A stretch of 64,000 nt of DNA, taken from assembly GCA_038496445.1 (NCBI GenBank), contig JALMLS010000255.1, positions 124,001-188,000 of the forward strand, given 5' to 3'. The notes beneath the pieces were generated by a model. The model was not told the DNA's origin and made no database searches. It saw only the letters and a program-made list of their open reading frames with translations. How positions within the stretch are numbered: position 1 is the stretch's first letter; every line of letters begins with the position of its first letter. The DNA comes from Trichosphaerium sp. ATCC 40318 (lineage: Eukaryota > Protista > Tubulinea). The position numbers and the translations under genes are program-made. Shown here in pieces: positions 1 through 12,836 of this stretch.

Positions 1-2378
1 CTTCATTTTTTAGCTTATTTTGAGCTTAGGTCGAGCATCAATTAAAAATAAATAACTTATCGGATTGGTATAAAGTCATTCCTAGAGATCTTAGACGATT
101 AGGTGGTACTAGCCTTTTACAGTATGTCAAAATGATTCCCCCTTTTTTTCTTTTCTCAAAAAAAGTGTAAAACGTAGCGACTTACGCAATCAACAGGCAT
201 TATGGTCAATCAGTGCATGAATTATTGAAGGACGTATATCCAGATCAAGTATGGGATATGTCTGAATACTCTAAAACTCTTACAGCAGTACCTCCAAACT
301 ACTGGAGTCGTAAAGAAAACAGGAAGAATTTTATGATTGAAGCTGAAAAACAGTTGAAAATACAGGATCTATCTGATTGGTATCGTGTTTCAGAGCATCA
401 TATAGCCATGTTAGGTGGAGGTAGTATACGTTATCACTGGCCCGAGGTTGTAAGGGAACTACATCCAGAGGTATCATGGGATATGGAGAGGTTCAAACAA
501 ACAGATAAAAAATCAACTCAAAGGTATCGTTCAGCTTTCGTTTTTTGGTTCTCGTTCTGGTTCTTTCTTATTCGAGTTTAGATGGCTTTTACTTTCTCTT
601 GAAGAAGTGTTAGATGGATATGATTTAGTAGAGGAGTATAAACTTGGAGTAGAAAAGAGTCAAGTTATAAAATCTATATCTCTTGATATTTTTATTCCAC
701 AACTCAATGTTGCTATTGAATATCAAGGTCATCAACATTATTATGATATTCATGGTACATATGGCCCAGCTTCGGTTCAAGAGACAAGAGATCTAAACAA
801 GAAACAACTTTGTAGCGAATACGGTAACAACCATACATCAACTCTGTTTTTGAAAAAAAACCCGCCCTAACCGAATATCTTTATCTTTCACGTGCTCACT
901 GCTGACATGTGATAGGTATTACAATTATTCCTATTCCTTTCTGGTGGAATCCTACTGATAAAGAAAGTCTAGCTGCTACTATAGATTACTACTTGTACGT
1001 AGCAGAATACTGTCAACAAACCAACTTGTAACTCTTTTAGACCTGATTCGAATGCGACTCGTTTTCCTTACCCAAAGAATACACCACCTCTTCTTCTCAT
1101 GCCTGATTCAGTATCTCGTAAAGGTAAGAAAATGCAGACCATTAATAAAGGTAAACCAATCTCCGTAGTGAGGAAAAAGGAGAAGATGACATTGCTTAAA
1201 CATTATGATCCAAAAAAGGATTACACCGGTTGGTATGCTTGTCAGCTATTTTGTAGACTGCTTTTTGTTGATTTGTGTACAGGATGATTTCTGAGAAGCT
1301 TGATGGTATACGTGCTTTATGGGATGGCGTTGATTCGTTATACTCAAGATCTGGAAAGCTCATACCTGCACCAACCGAGATATCTAGCCTTTTGCCAAAG
1401 AATATTTCACTTGATGGAGAGTTGTGGTATGTATTATCTTGCTTACACGTGATTTTTTATTTCTTTAAAAGTTTATTTCTTTTAGGCTTGGTCACAACAC
1501 ACGAGAGACCTTACATGGTCAGTTGTATAAGAATAAACCAGATTGGAACGGTATGTGTTCTGAAGAGCATTGGTTTTTTTTTTTTTCATTCCAAAGTTGT
1601 AATGTTTTTGCTTTGTAGGTGTCAAGTTTATGGTGTTCGATGTTGTGATACCCAAATTACCTTTCAAAGGTGTGGTTTTAAAGTATGATTTCTTTAAAAG
1701 TAACTCGAGATAGAACGCTATGAACGCTTAAAGGAAATTATTAAAGAGTTAAACTTGCCTTGGGTTCAATGTGTTCAGGAGCAATTCTGTCACTCTCGCT
1801 CGCATGTATCGCAGCACCTAAGTTCTGTGACTTCTATAGGTGGCGAAGGAATAGTATTAAGAGATCCGCAAGGGATGTACATACCAGGTCGTCATGAAGG
1901 CATTCTAAAAGTAAAAGTGAGTGAAAACTTTTTTACAGTCGTTGCTTCTTTTTCTGCTTCTGTACCTTTCTTTGCCCTCCTAACATTTGATATCTTCAAA
2001 GCCATACTACGATATGGAAGTTCGTATGCTACGACCTCACTCAAGTGGATATCTGTTATGTGAATTGTATGTCTTTCTTTTTTTAGTAAAGCACAAGAAC
2101 TACAAAGATGGTTAACTTAATGAACACATAGGCCTTCTGGAGACAACATATTTGTGCGGTGTACAAAACAAGAACAAAGGGATCCACCTGCACAAGGCAT
2201 GGTACTAACTGTAAAACACGAGGTACATACGATATTTGTCATTGTGTTTGTTACACAACATTAAAATTGTTTTTTTTTATAGGGTGTTAATAAGAATGGT
2301 AAGCCCAGATTTCCCTTCTATTTCAGTTGTAGACTTGATATGACATGGCAAGATGTTGTCAACGCTGTAAAGGATTAA
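1..2378 (+). CDS. 5'-partial multi-exon gene: helical repeats + Vsr/DUF559-like PD-(D/E)XK endonuclease + ATP-dependent DNA ligase with OB domain
   Basis: GT-AG splicing gives one frame. Repeats: 'EHQLKINNLSDWYKV..LGGTSLL' and 'EKQLKIQDLSDWYRV..LGGGSI'. Nuclease: 'LDIFIPQLNVAIEYQGHQHY...RDLNKKQLCSEYGITIIPIPFWW'. Ligase motifs: 'WMISEKLDGIRALW', 'LDGELW', 'FMVFDV', 'GGEGIVLR', 'ILKVK', 'GKPRFPFY'. Stop TAA at 2376-2378. Confidence 0.88.
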
Positions 2379-2861
2379 GATGTACATAGTGTTGTGACAA
2401 CACTTACACCAGAATAAATACTTTTTTGTACAGTAAACACTGAGTGGTAAGCAAATTGTGGTAACGATTGAAGGGTATGAAACTTCCTCTGGCGATTACA
2501 GCATATCCCCTACATGGTATAGACTTGAAGTCCTTAATATCTAGCAATGTAGGATAGAAAGAAAACGTATTTCAAGAAGATGCAGCACGTTTTCCTGTTG
2601 TTTTGTTAGACGCTAGCTGGCTGTTACGTGACTGCCAAAAAATCACTTACGATGAATACTGGAAGGTTTCAGCAACTGAGATACGGCAGCAGCCACATTT
2701 TGAACTTGCATCAATGAGCCAACTAGTTTAATATGATCAACTCTTAATACACCAGGGAGATCTTATTTTGGGAACAAGCTACCATCCTTCTTTTTGTTGA
2801 CATTTAACTAGCCTTGATCAAAATACTGTGAGTTATTAATGCGAACTGGAATTTTATGTAG

Positions 2862-3539
2862 GCATTCTTGATGGCCGTTACAAAGAATGGGACACATCAG
2901 GTAAATTGCAAGTAGGCACAACAAGAAAAAGTGACAAAATTATTGGTCGCTACAGACAATGGTTTCTAACTGGTAATTTATTTATCAACACAACCTATAA
3001 TGATGAAGGAATCAAACATGGAGAAGAAACAAAATACTACTTAAACGGTTCCCTAAAGGAGAAAAACCAACTTTGAGAATGGGAAAAAAAATGTGCCTTA
3101 TCAAAAATGGCTAACCAAATGGTACTTTGATTAACTCAAGTATGCTTAAGGAAGGTAAGCCTGTAGGCACTTCAAAAGTGAGTAAAGACGAGGGAAAGAC
3201 ATATTACATTACTAATTATGTTGATGGGAAAGAGAATGGTAAAGCGTCAACAGTTGATGATAATGGTATATCCTTTTGTCAGAATGTTTTATGAAAGATG
3301 GTGCACGATGTGGCGTTTATAAGGAGTTTTATCCTGACGGAAGTGTCAAAATGGATGTTGAATATAAAGGTGGTTTAAGACAAGGATTTGAAACACAGTA
3401 TGACGTAAAAGGGAATGTGACAAATCAAGTTGATTTTAAAGACGGTGCTTTAAAATTCAAATCTAAGTTTACTTTTACTCCATCACCAATACAAATTGAT
3501 GAAAAGAGTCAATTTAACTCAGTAGTTGAACTTAGCTAA
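2862..3539 (+). pseudogene. MORN-variant (YwqK-like) repeat protein, frameshifted
   Basis: Repeats 'GRYKEWDTSGKL', 'GRYRQWFLTGNL', 'GEETKYYLNGSL', 'GVYKEFYPDGSV', 'GFETQYDVKGNV'. The frame breaks near ~3065, ~3112 and ~3272 with no splice signals, so this is a pseudogene or sequencing error. Confidence 0.65.
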
Positions 3540-4348
3540 ACCGTTCTTTTTCTTCGAAAAAAAACCTAAAACCAAATATATCAAAACTGATGAGTTCTCA
3601 CTCTCTTGTCTTCTTTCTTTCTATCTTGACCTCTCACACTCTGGTTGTGACTGTTTATCTCTCTTTTACCACCACTGCCCTTTCCATCACGTCACCACAG
3701 AAGCTTATCTTCTTTGTAAACATAACTAATAAACCTGCACGTCTTAAAAAACAATTCTGGTCTTTTTAATATTTATCTTGGTAGTGAAAAGAAAAAAGGA
3801 TGAATTACAACGTCTTGACCACCTAGTGCTGTTGTAAGCCAGGCTTCCCACTCCTATACATCTTGTGATTTGTTGATTGTACAAAGAAACAAAATGAAAC
3901 GTGACTTAGAAATAGCAAAGAGCATCACGTGACATTGTTTCGTTTTAACTCCGAAAAAATACCAAGACTTTGTTGAATATTCTATTCTATCGGTATTGGT
4001 GATTCAACAAGTATTGTGCTTGCGTCCCCTGAAAGCCCAATGCGCGTGACCTCAAACAAAGTGCAAAGGCTATTTTGGTTCTGTGTCAAGCAGCTCAGAA
4101 CATACCGCAGTTGACAAACATTTGAAATGGGTTGGTTTCATGTGAAAGTTTTAGCTAACAATTTGGGGTTCCTTTCAGGAGTTCAATGTTGAACGCAAAA
4201 AAAAATGTACATAGGCCCTTCCATCAAACCTATAAATGCATTGATATAAGGATCCGGAATAAATTTAATGTACGAACAAAGTGCACATGTGCACTTTTTT
4301 TAAAATTCTGTATGAATTCAGGAAGACCAAAAAAACTAAAGTAACTTG

Positions 4349-5497
4349 ATGGCAACACCTCGCTTTATCTTCCTATCCCTTGTATTTTTTGGCATAGTAC
4401 ATGCGTACTGGACTCCCTTTGCTGGAAATGCAGCACCTACCCATATCACTGCAAAGAGATATGACAACATGTTCTTCTCCTCAGGTCCCTTCACAGTTGA
4501 ATCATGGATAATCCAACCTGGAGACAAATTCATACCGATGGAATGGTTGGGTCATACCCAAGTAGCCTCTTTCACTCTCTTCATCAAACCCGGCCAAAAG
4601 TGGATGCTAGCGTGGTTAGACAGGGACGGTAATTGGAGATATCAAGCAAAAGGCGGACGAACAATTGGAACCTGGTATACGTCTTCTACCGATCAATATG
4701 TTTCAGGAAGCTTCAGAGGAAGACTTGAAAAAGACTTGCTCATTTCAAACCCCGATGGTCGCTATGCTACGTTTCAACTAGACATTACAATAGACAATAA
4801 CAACGGGATGTTTAACTACATCTTCAACTTTGTAACACTCCAGTACGCTTCGAACGCAAATGTTCAAGCCACTGACAAACTCCTCGCTGGCTACTTTGAC
4901 CATACTCTAACACCAAGAAAAGAGTACGTTGTATTGATCAAGTCAACCGGGTACTACGTAATGACGTTTAACACGGTAACAAACAACTGGGATATTCTCT
5001 CGAGCTCAAGCAACGGACAGATATACTGGTGGGTTATTAATCTGTCGAATGACAAGTGCATTGTCGGTGGATTCGAAACACGATCACGTGATCTCCTACT
5101 TTGTATTAATCCAAATGGATGGCATCATCTCATGAAATTAGACCCAGCAACAAATACCTTCCAGTTCATTGAAGGCGGCTCAAACGGCAAAGTAGGCACG
5201 TGGACAATCGGTCATCACAATAGATTTCTTGCTGGAAAATTCGACTTGGTTCAACCAGTAGGCGGAATAGATCCACATCACTTGCTCGCAATTGATCCAA
5301 GTGGTAATTCCCAAACACTTAAACTAGTAAATAACCAGTGGACCCAAGTAGCAACGAATAACGGAGATGGTAAGATTGCTGGCTGGCATATCGGTTGGGG
5401 AGATCACTGTGTAAGAGTTGAATCTTATGACGATGACCGCTATAGAATACTAGCACTGAACAATGGCGGTTGGTGGAAAAGTATGCAACTGGCATAA
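4349..5497 (+). CDS. Intronless secreted beta-propeller-like protein (FG-GAP/VCBS-like repeats)
   Basis: 382-aa ORF with signal peptide (MATPRFIFLSLVFFGIVHA). Repeats of the form G-x-(I/V)-G-x-W...(A/S/V)G-x-F...LL-x-I-(N/D)-P-x-G. AATAAA follows the stop. Confidence 0.8.
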   Translation: MATPRFIFLSLVFFGIVHAYWTPFAGNAAPTHITAKRYDNMFFSSGPFTVESWIIQPGDKFIPMEWLGHTQVASFTLFIKPGQKWMLAWLDRDGNWRYQAKGGRTIGTWYTSSTDQYVSGSFRGRLEKDLLISNPDGRYATFQLDITIDNNNGMFNYIFNFVTLQYASNANVQATDKLLAGYFDHTLTPRKEYVVLIKSTGYYVMTFNTVTNNWDILSSSSNGQIYWWVINLSNDKCIVGGFETRSRDLLLCINPNGWHHLMKLDPATNTFQFIEGGSNGKVGTWTIGHHNRFLAGKFDLVQPVGGIDPHHLLAIDPSGNSQTLKLVNNQWTQVATNNGDGKIAGWHIGWGDHCVRVESYDDDRYRILALNNGGWWKSMQLA

Positions 5498-5969
5498 ATA
5501 AAACTGTTATGTTTTCCCTTAGCTTGTTTTCTGTTTTTTAACTTTGCGATGGATGTGTTTTAGTCGGTTTGTTGCTATAGGTTCGCTATCAAATGTATGG
5601 TAAATATGTTAAATAGCTCAGGGATATATGTAGTTAATGAACAGAGTTCCAGTAAACCGTCTTATTGTGTAGCAACTGTGTTGGACTTTGGCTGGAAAAA
5701 TTATTTGGACTTTGGGTGTAAAGTGCTGTAGTAATTTTTACGAACATGTTGTAGCTTCAAATCCGGTCCTTACGTATCACATACCTTCAACGTTATAATA
5801 CATTAAGCGCAATTAATTATGGAACAAAACAAGGACGTATCCAAAGCTGAAAAGCAACAAACACTGACAAACGTGATAGAACCGCAAACATTTATTCTTG
5901 CTGCACTACCAATTCTAGACTGCAATAAATAGGTATGATTTATTTTGTAAGATTATCAACTATTTAGCT

Positions 5970-8900
5970 TTATTGTATCTCGACATACTAATTTGTAAAG
6001 TCAACAAAAATGTAAATGAACTGAGGCCTTGGCGTACTTCTTTGTTTTGGGATTTGCAACACTTCTGTTTAAAAAATGGCTTCACTTTCTTGTAAAGCAA
6101 ATTACTTACAACACCAACGTTATATATTACTGTAAACATAAATAATATAGCCCCTATAATACCAAACTGTGTAAAAGGAGGTTCTTCATACTCAGTAAAT
6201 ATATCTGAGTTACTTTGTACATTGATAGTAAGCCTGTAAACAAAAAACGTAAGTTTCATAGTGAACAACATAAAGATGGACCTCCACGTGACAAAGTTCA
6301 AAACTCATCAAATTGGGAGAGGTAAAGAATAAAACAGAAAACCTTTACACTTAACGCAGTGAAGATCAGAAGGCTCAAACTTGAACCTCTTTTTCAGATT
6401 GTCCAAAAAAAAAAAAGAGGGTTACAAAAAGAAAAAAGGAATATACTTTGGTGGGGTTTCTGAATAAACGTCTGTGTCGTTGCAACATCTTTTTGCATTC
6501 CCAATCATACGTGGCTTTTTCGCTGTGATGCCAATGTATCCTTTATTGTTGTTAAATAGATGAGAGCATTGTGAAGAGTATTTTTCTTTAAACCACTTAC
6601 CGTCTATGTTTGCTCTGCCAGAAAGGTCTTTTGTGCGTCGTACAACACCTGTAGCAGTAACAGATACTTCATGACCCACTGAAGGTAAGTACTGATACTT
6701 TTGAGCAAAGATGTGAGCGGACAATGAAGTATCTAGTAAAAAGAAACTATGGTGAGACAACAAATAAGCACAGAAAAAAACAGTCGTACTGTATTTCTGA
6801 ATGGCGTTTACTTCAATTTCTATATGGCTATAGAACACAACACATCCATGGAGTTGTATATTATCAGGCGATCCATCGATAGAAGCAACAAAGGTATACG
6901 TGGATAAACTAGAAAAAGAGAGATTAGGTTATGTGAGGTTTTCTTTTTAACGTTACCTTGATGAGGTTTTATTCAAAATACTTGATGTTTCAACGTTGTC
7001 TCTTGTATGTATAACTTTGGGAATACAATCCGAAACAAATAACAAAAGGTCATACCTGCATTAGTGTTAGTGAAGATTTTCTAATCACGTGCAAAGAAAA
7101 AAAAGTTGTGGTACCATTTAACAGTAATCTCAATCTTTGCGACACTATTTTTGGCATAAGTAAGTATTCATTAACATTATAGAATTATCACGTGTTCACG
7201 TACTTTTTTAAATGGTCATAAAAGCCATCAATCCCATCATTTGAGATTAGCGCTTCAGCGTTTCTAGATGAACTTGTACGTTTAGCATTTTGAGTAATTA
7301 CAAAATGTGCTCGAGAAAAAGGTACAGGTTCATATTTAACATAAAGTTGAACCTCGGACAACGACCAAAATACAGAAACCAATCATCGCTATAGTAATCA
7401 AACCACCAACAATATCACCATGCCAACTGATATAAACAGGATCATGGTCAGCATGAAGAACCATTTGTTTGTTAATATCGATGACTTGTACAGTTTTAAC
7501 AAACCAACTGTGTTCACATCCGCAGTGTGTCAATATTACTGCTATAACACAGGCGGCAATAACACAAATACAAAGGATTATGAAAAGGCTAAAAACAAGA
7601 GGAGACTGTGGTGTTGTTATGCCAGAAAGAAACTGTTGTTGTAATGATTCAACAATAGTATCTTCAAAAGGGTAGAAAGATGATTTTGGTGCCATTGTAG
7701 ATGTATTTGTATGTGGTATAAACCGTGCTGTACCACCTCTGCATGATTGATTGTGTCGACAAGGTAAACATGAAGCTGATCCATTTTTTGGCTGAAAAGT
7801 TCCAGGACTACACAACAAGCAAATGCTAACTCCAATCTTGTTCTTATAGGTACCAGGAGGACATTGAATTTGTTTTCCGTTATCTGCATATGTAACACCC
7901 TTTGGAAGATTCAAGTCCCATGTTGTGAGCTCATATGTTATGTAATAAGGACGAGTTTGTCTATCATAAAGATACAACATGTCATCTACTGCTCTAACCA
8001 TTACAAACTGATCATTTGGTGCAAAAACAGTTGGAGAAATTGTTTTAGGTATCATATCAATAACATCTACTCTTACTATCTCTCTTAATGATTCTGGATC
8101 AGATGTCACATTTTGTATAAAAAATAGACACTCTGTATGTGGTAAAGCGTTTCCACAACTGCCTACAGACAAAGATTGATGGAAATTGAAGGAGTTATTG
8201 TTAGGACGATATAAGTCATATCCATTAGTTATTACGGGTATTACTTGTGCATAGTTGCCAGATATTACTAGCCCATTTTGGTTCCTGAAAAAGCTCCATT
8301 GTCCATTAAAGTGATCACTTGTAATAAAAACTGCTCCAAGATTAGTTCTACCATTGACCAAAGTTACACCATATGATGCATCATTGGCAGTAATGTTGCT
8401 ATTGTATACTTCATTCTCAAAACATATCTAACATGTGACTTAGTAATTAGACGAATTTGACAAGTGATAACATACAGATGCTAAGTGACCATTTGTCATC
8501 GCTGTTAAGGGGGGTCCACTGGGTACAGTGCTGTCGTATGCAAAAAAAGAGTATTCTTTCGGAGATAGTGTCATGTTGTATGTAAGAACACCGTTTGTTG
8601 TCGTAGCTATAAGAAAATACCTATTGCTTATAACAACACCATTGAAATGTCCTTTTCTTTCCTAAAAAAAAAACCAACATCAGTACCAAACAAACAACCT
8701 TGTTGTGTATCAATGACACGATTTTAAAAAAAAACCAAAAAAACTATGATATTGTGTACTTGATCTATGGTTAAAAATGATGTCTTATTAGTTTTCCAGT
8801 TATACAATGAAATTGTTGAATTATCTGTAATCATTGCAGATAATGAACCGCTTGCTGATATGACACGATACTCTGGTATTGGAGTATAGTCATGTGTTGC

Positions 8901-9220
8901 ATATGTTTGATTTTTCATTGTCCTGGTTTGTAATTAAGTCAGGCTCTTTATTAAGGGGTCAAAGCATTCATTGCTATTCGAAATGCAACCGTAAACGTAT
9001 TTAATTTAAGGCAAAGCATGCGTTTATATCGTACAACGTACCCGGAGTAAATATTTACGCCATTGGTAAAATAACCCTTATTTAATGCATTATATGTCCC
9101 ATCACTTGATATATCAAAGAAATCTCCTGGACTGAGTGCGCTAGGGATTTGGCACCCAACAAAGCAAGTGTACTGCATCGTAGCGACAATAATTAGCAGT
9201 AATATACGATATACAACCAT
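5970..9220 (-). CDS. Multi-exon membrane protein with signal peptide, ephrin-receptor-like/GCC2-GCC3 Cys repeats and several TM helices
   Basis: Signal MVVYRILLLIIVAT; 'CPPGTYKNKIGVSICLLCSPGTFQPKNGSASCLPC'; hydrophobic segments at ~7530-7600, ~7370-7410 and ~6110-6170. Last exon 'YVEIQ*'. Confidence 0.75.
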
Positions 9221-9517
9221 ATTTATGACGTCTTATGCTGTTTGACTGTATCTTGTCCTTGCTGCTGCTTAAGTAACAAGTTAAGCCGCTGTTGAACCAG
9301 CGGTTGGTTCTAATTATCTAAACAACTAGTTCTCGGGTAGCAAAAGAGGAAGACAGTATTTCTTGCTAGTTTTTGTGTACCACAACTACCGTTTGTTATT
9401 AGGTTATTCTCAAACAACTTGTTGTGCACTCTGGTAAACCGTTGCAGAGAATTTTAACAGAATGAGTCACTACAGCAATTTCGTGCTTATTTATATGCTT
9501 TAAACAAACTGTAACCG

Positions 9518-10759
9518 ATGACACAAGACCAAGAGATAACTATAAACTATCATAAAGACGCTGATTCGTTTTTAAACGCGTGTCAACATGTTTTGATGAA
9601 AAACGAGTTAGAAAATAACGTACGGAGCGTAGTTAAGCGTATTAGTAACAAAAAATGAGCTTGTATTGAGTTTAGCTATTCGTAGAAGAAAAAGCGGTTC
9701 AAAATCACCATGCACCTTTGCTGCCGTTTGTAAAGGTACCATTGTGGATTACAATAGTGTCATACCCTGAATTGCAGTTTACAGGCTTTTAGGTTCAAAC
9801 CTAGCGATAGCCGTGTATTATGAGGCAGCGGGGTATCCTATGACTCTTACAGCATTATGCATGCCAGACACTGAACCGTTAGAGAAATTCCTCAACAGCA
9901 TCATAGAAAACGGTCTAAAGCCTCCAGGTAAGTAATTCTACGCTCAGCCTACTATAGTATGTTCTAAAACAAGTTGTTAAGCTTTCGTTACTTCAAAACC
10001 AGTTGCGAAAATTGTAGATCAACTGTGGCGCTCTAGAACATTATGCAAACCTTCTTACTCACGTCACATGTCAGTAATGAGACTCACTAAAGAAACTATT
10101 AAGCCGCTTTCTTCAAAACCAGACGGTGACTTCCGTGAGGCAACAACTGAGGATATGGATGCCCTAGTAGCTTTGTCTCAGGAGTTTCATGCGGCAGTCG
10201 ATGTACCAGGTCCGTATAATGGATACCAACAATGGATAATAGCATTTCCGCAGAATCAACTCAATGTTGTTTAAACAGGTAGTAAGCCACCCACAGAAGA
10301 ACAGATTAAAGGTGGACTTACAAAGCTTATTGAAGATAAACATTTATGGGTATGGGCAACTAAGGATGGTATTCCTTGTGTTGTTGGATCATCACGTGCA
10401 ACGCCAAACTACAGGCTTATCACCCAGGTACGCTTTTGAAAAAAATTGTATGATTGAGCTGTTGCGCTTTGTTTCAGTGCTTTTGCTTTATTTTGTTTAT
10501 AATGCTGTAGGTTTGTACGAATAAGGCCTACCGTGGTAAAGGGTATGCGAGACATACTGTATCAAGAGCAGCCAAAGAAATATTGAAAGGTAGCCCACAA
10601 GTTGCTTTATTTAGAGATGAGGCTAATCCAAGTGCTGACTATGCATACAAGCAAGTTGGGTATGACTTGCAATGTTCTCTTATTTCGTTGTACTTATTGT
10701 TCTCTTCTTTCAGGTTTTGTCCAAGTGTAGACATGTCACAGTATGGGTACATATACTAA
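9518..10759 (+). CDS. GNAT family N-acetyltransferase (bacterial-type two-domain), multi-exon
   Basis: N-terminus 'DADSFLNACQHVLMKNELENN'. C-terminal acetyl-CoA motif 'VCTNKAYRGKGYA' and 'DEANPSADYAYKQVGF'. Confidence 0.82.
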
Positions 10760-11022
10760 TAAATTTACAATTGTTGTTTACATCTGATTTGAACTGAAGT
10801 ACACGTCTGAGAGCGCATGTATTTGTTAAATTCTAGATCCTTACCAATTCGTTCTCCTTGAGGCACGATATACGTACAAATCAGAGAGCTACAAGTTACG
10901 AAAGTTCCGTATTTCGGAACTGTGTTTAGAAAAATACTCACTTATTTTTGGAAAAGCTTTGAAGTTTTTATTGTTAAAAATATCTTGAAGTGTGCACGTT
11001 AGGAAGTAGTAAAAGAGAAATA

Positions 11023-12539
11023 ATGTATTGTTTGTACTTGGTAATGGTAATTTTCGGTATGTAGAACGTAACATTTTGACGGCTGTTTGAGTAATCTTTC
11101 TTATTTCATGTTGTAGTCGCGTCGGCTCTCTGTGGAGGTGGAGGCTGTTTCGATAATCCTGTTTGTGAAAAATGCGCTTGTGACGCTTGTAAGAGGAGGA
11201 TGGCACTAGGAGAGTGCCAAACAATATCATGTACACTTATCCGTGATAGCCATTTTATTTTTTTTTTTTTATGTTTGTTCACGTGGTTTTAATTTCTTTG
11301 TCGCTTATGTTTAGCTGGTGGCGGAGATGTACTTGACGCGAATTGCGTTATAATTACTGCAGCTGTCGGTGATGTTACTGGGACACCTTCAGATGATTGT
11401 ATCATCATAGGTGGTGATGGAATCAGTGTTGGAGATATTGATACACTTCAAGGGGACGATTGCGTGTTCAGTGGCGGTGGTAATATCAATAGCATCAACA
11501 CAGGTATTTATTATTTTCTGGATTTACATCATTTCCACCAAGAGTGTCAAGAAATAAACCGAAGCGTTAACAAACATACAGGAGATGGTGATGATTGTGT
11601 GTTATCAGAAGGCGGAACGACAGGAGGTGTGGTCTTAGGCGAAGGAAATGATGCGTATCAAGCATTTTTCACAAATCACGTCGGTTTCTCAACCATATTG
11701 GGCGGAGATGGTGACGACTGTATTCTCCTTTTAGGAGTGGGATCAAGTAACCGAATTAGTACGGATGGCACTAGGGGACGTGACTGCATTCAGGTCACAA
11801 ATTCAGTGAATGTAGGAATTGTTTCTGGTACGGCGAAAACCATTTGCTCTTTCTTAACTTTGATACGCGTAGGTGGTCATGATGATGATTTTATTTACGT
11901 TTCAGCTTCAGAAGTAGATATCGTAGGTGGAGGTGAACAACAAGACTATATCGAAGTAAAAGATGGGACTACAATGCAGAGAGATGCCAAGTACTGTTTT
12001 TTTTTTGTTTCACCATTTTTATGATTTATTGTTTGTCTTTTCAGTGGTGGCAATGGAGTCAATGAGTTTTATTTGGTTGATACAGTTGTTGGACGAAATA
12101 TTGTATGTTCAAATGAAGGTGATAAGGTTTTTTCGAAAAATACTGTTATTACCGGTGAGGTTAGAGGTGGTGACGGTAAGTACAGGATTTATCACAAGTA
12201 TTTTTTAATATGTTTCAGGGAATGACTTCATAGAGATGATTGAAGTTACAGTTACAGGATCTGGTGGTGTTATGGGTAATGATGGTGATGATGTGATCAG
12301 TGCTAGTAGAACAGATGCCGACATAATAAATGGAGGTCCAGGTGACGATAAACTATTTAACGTCTTTCCAAGTAAGTATTTTTCTTTAATTGTTTTTCTT
12401 CTCTCACTAACAGAGAATAGGCCTTGTGCCAGGTTCTAATCCAACTTTGGATGGTGGTGAGGGTACTAATCTATGTGTTTTTGATGATTCAACAGCAATG
12501 GGTGTTAATTGTGAAACATGGAATCCAGTTTGTAATTGA
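11023..12539 (+). CDS. Secreted Cys/Gly/Asp-rich protein with RTX/hemolysin-type Ca-binding-like repeats (copy 1)
   Basis: Spliced start MYCLYLVMVIFVASALCGGGGCFDNPVCEKCAC. Repeats 'GGDGDDCI', 'GEGNDAY', 'GNDGDDVI', 'GGPGDDKL'. Stop TGA at 12537-12539. Confidence 0.8.
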
Positions 12540-12836
12540 GCTAGTACAAAATACCATGCTTTCAAACATTCAGTATATAAATAAAGAAGTGGTGTATACT
12601 CATAAAGGTACTGTTGGAATTAATAATGTATCTCAGATAATTGATATTGGCTGCAATCCCAGACTTAGCGGTTCATGTACATTTGCTACACTTGTATGCT
12701 TTTTACCACGTGCAGGTTTTTAAATTAGATGGTGCTTAAGGCACTACAGATGGTCGTTTTTGGAAGAGCTTTTAAGTTATATTTCCAAAAAATAAAAATT
12801 GAAGTGTGCAAGCTGGCGAGATACTGAAAGGGAAGT

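Noticed and set aside
4281-4294. 14-bp perfect palindrome GTGCACATGTGCAC upstream of the intronless gene
   Set aside because: Single occurrence with no supporting context; could be chance.
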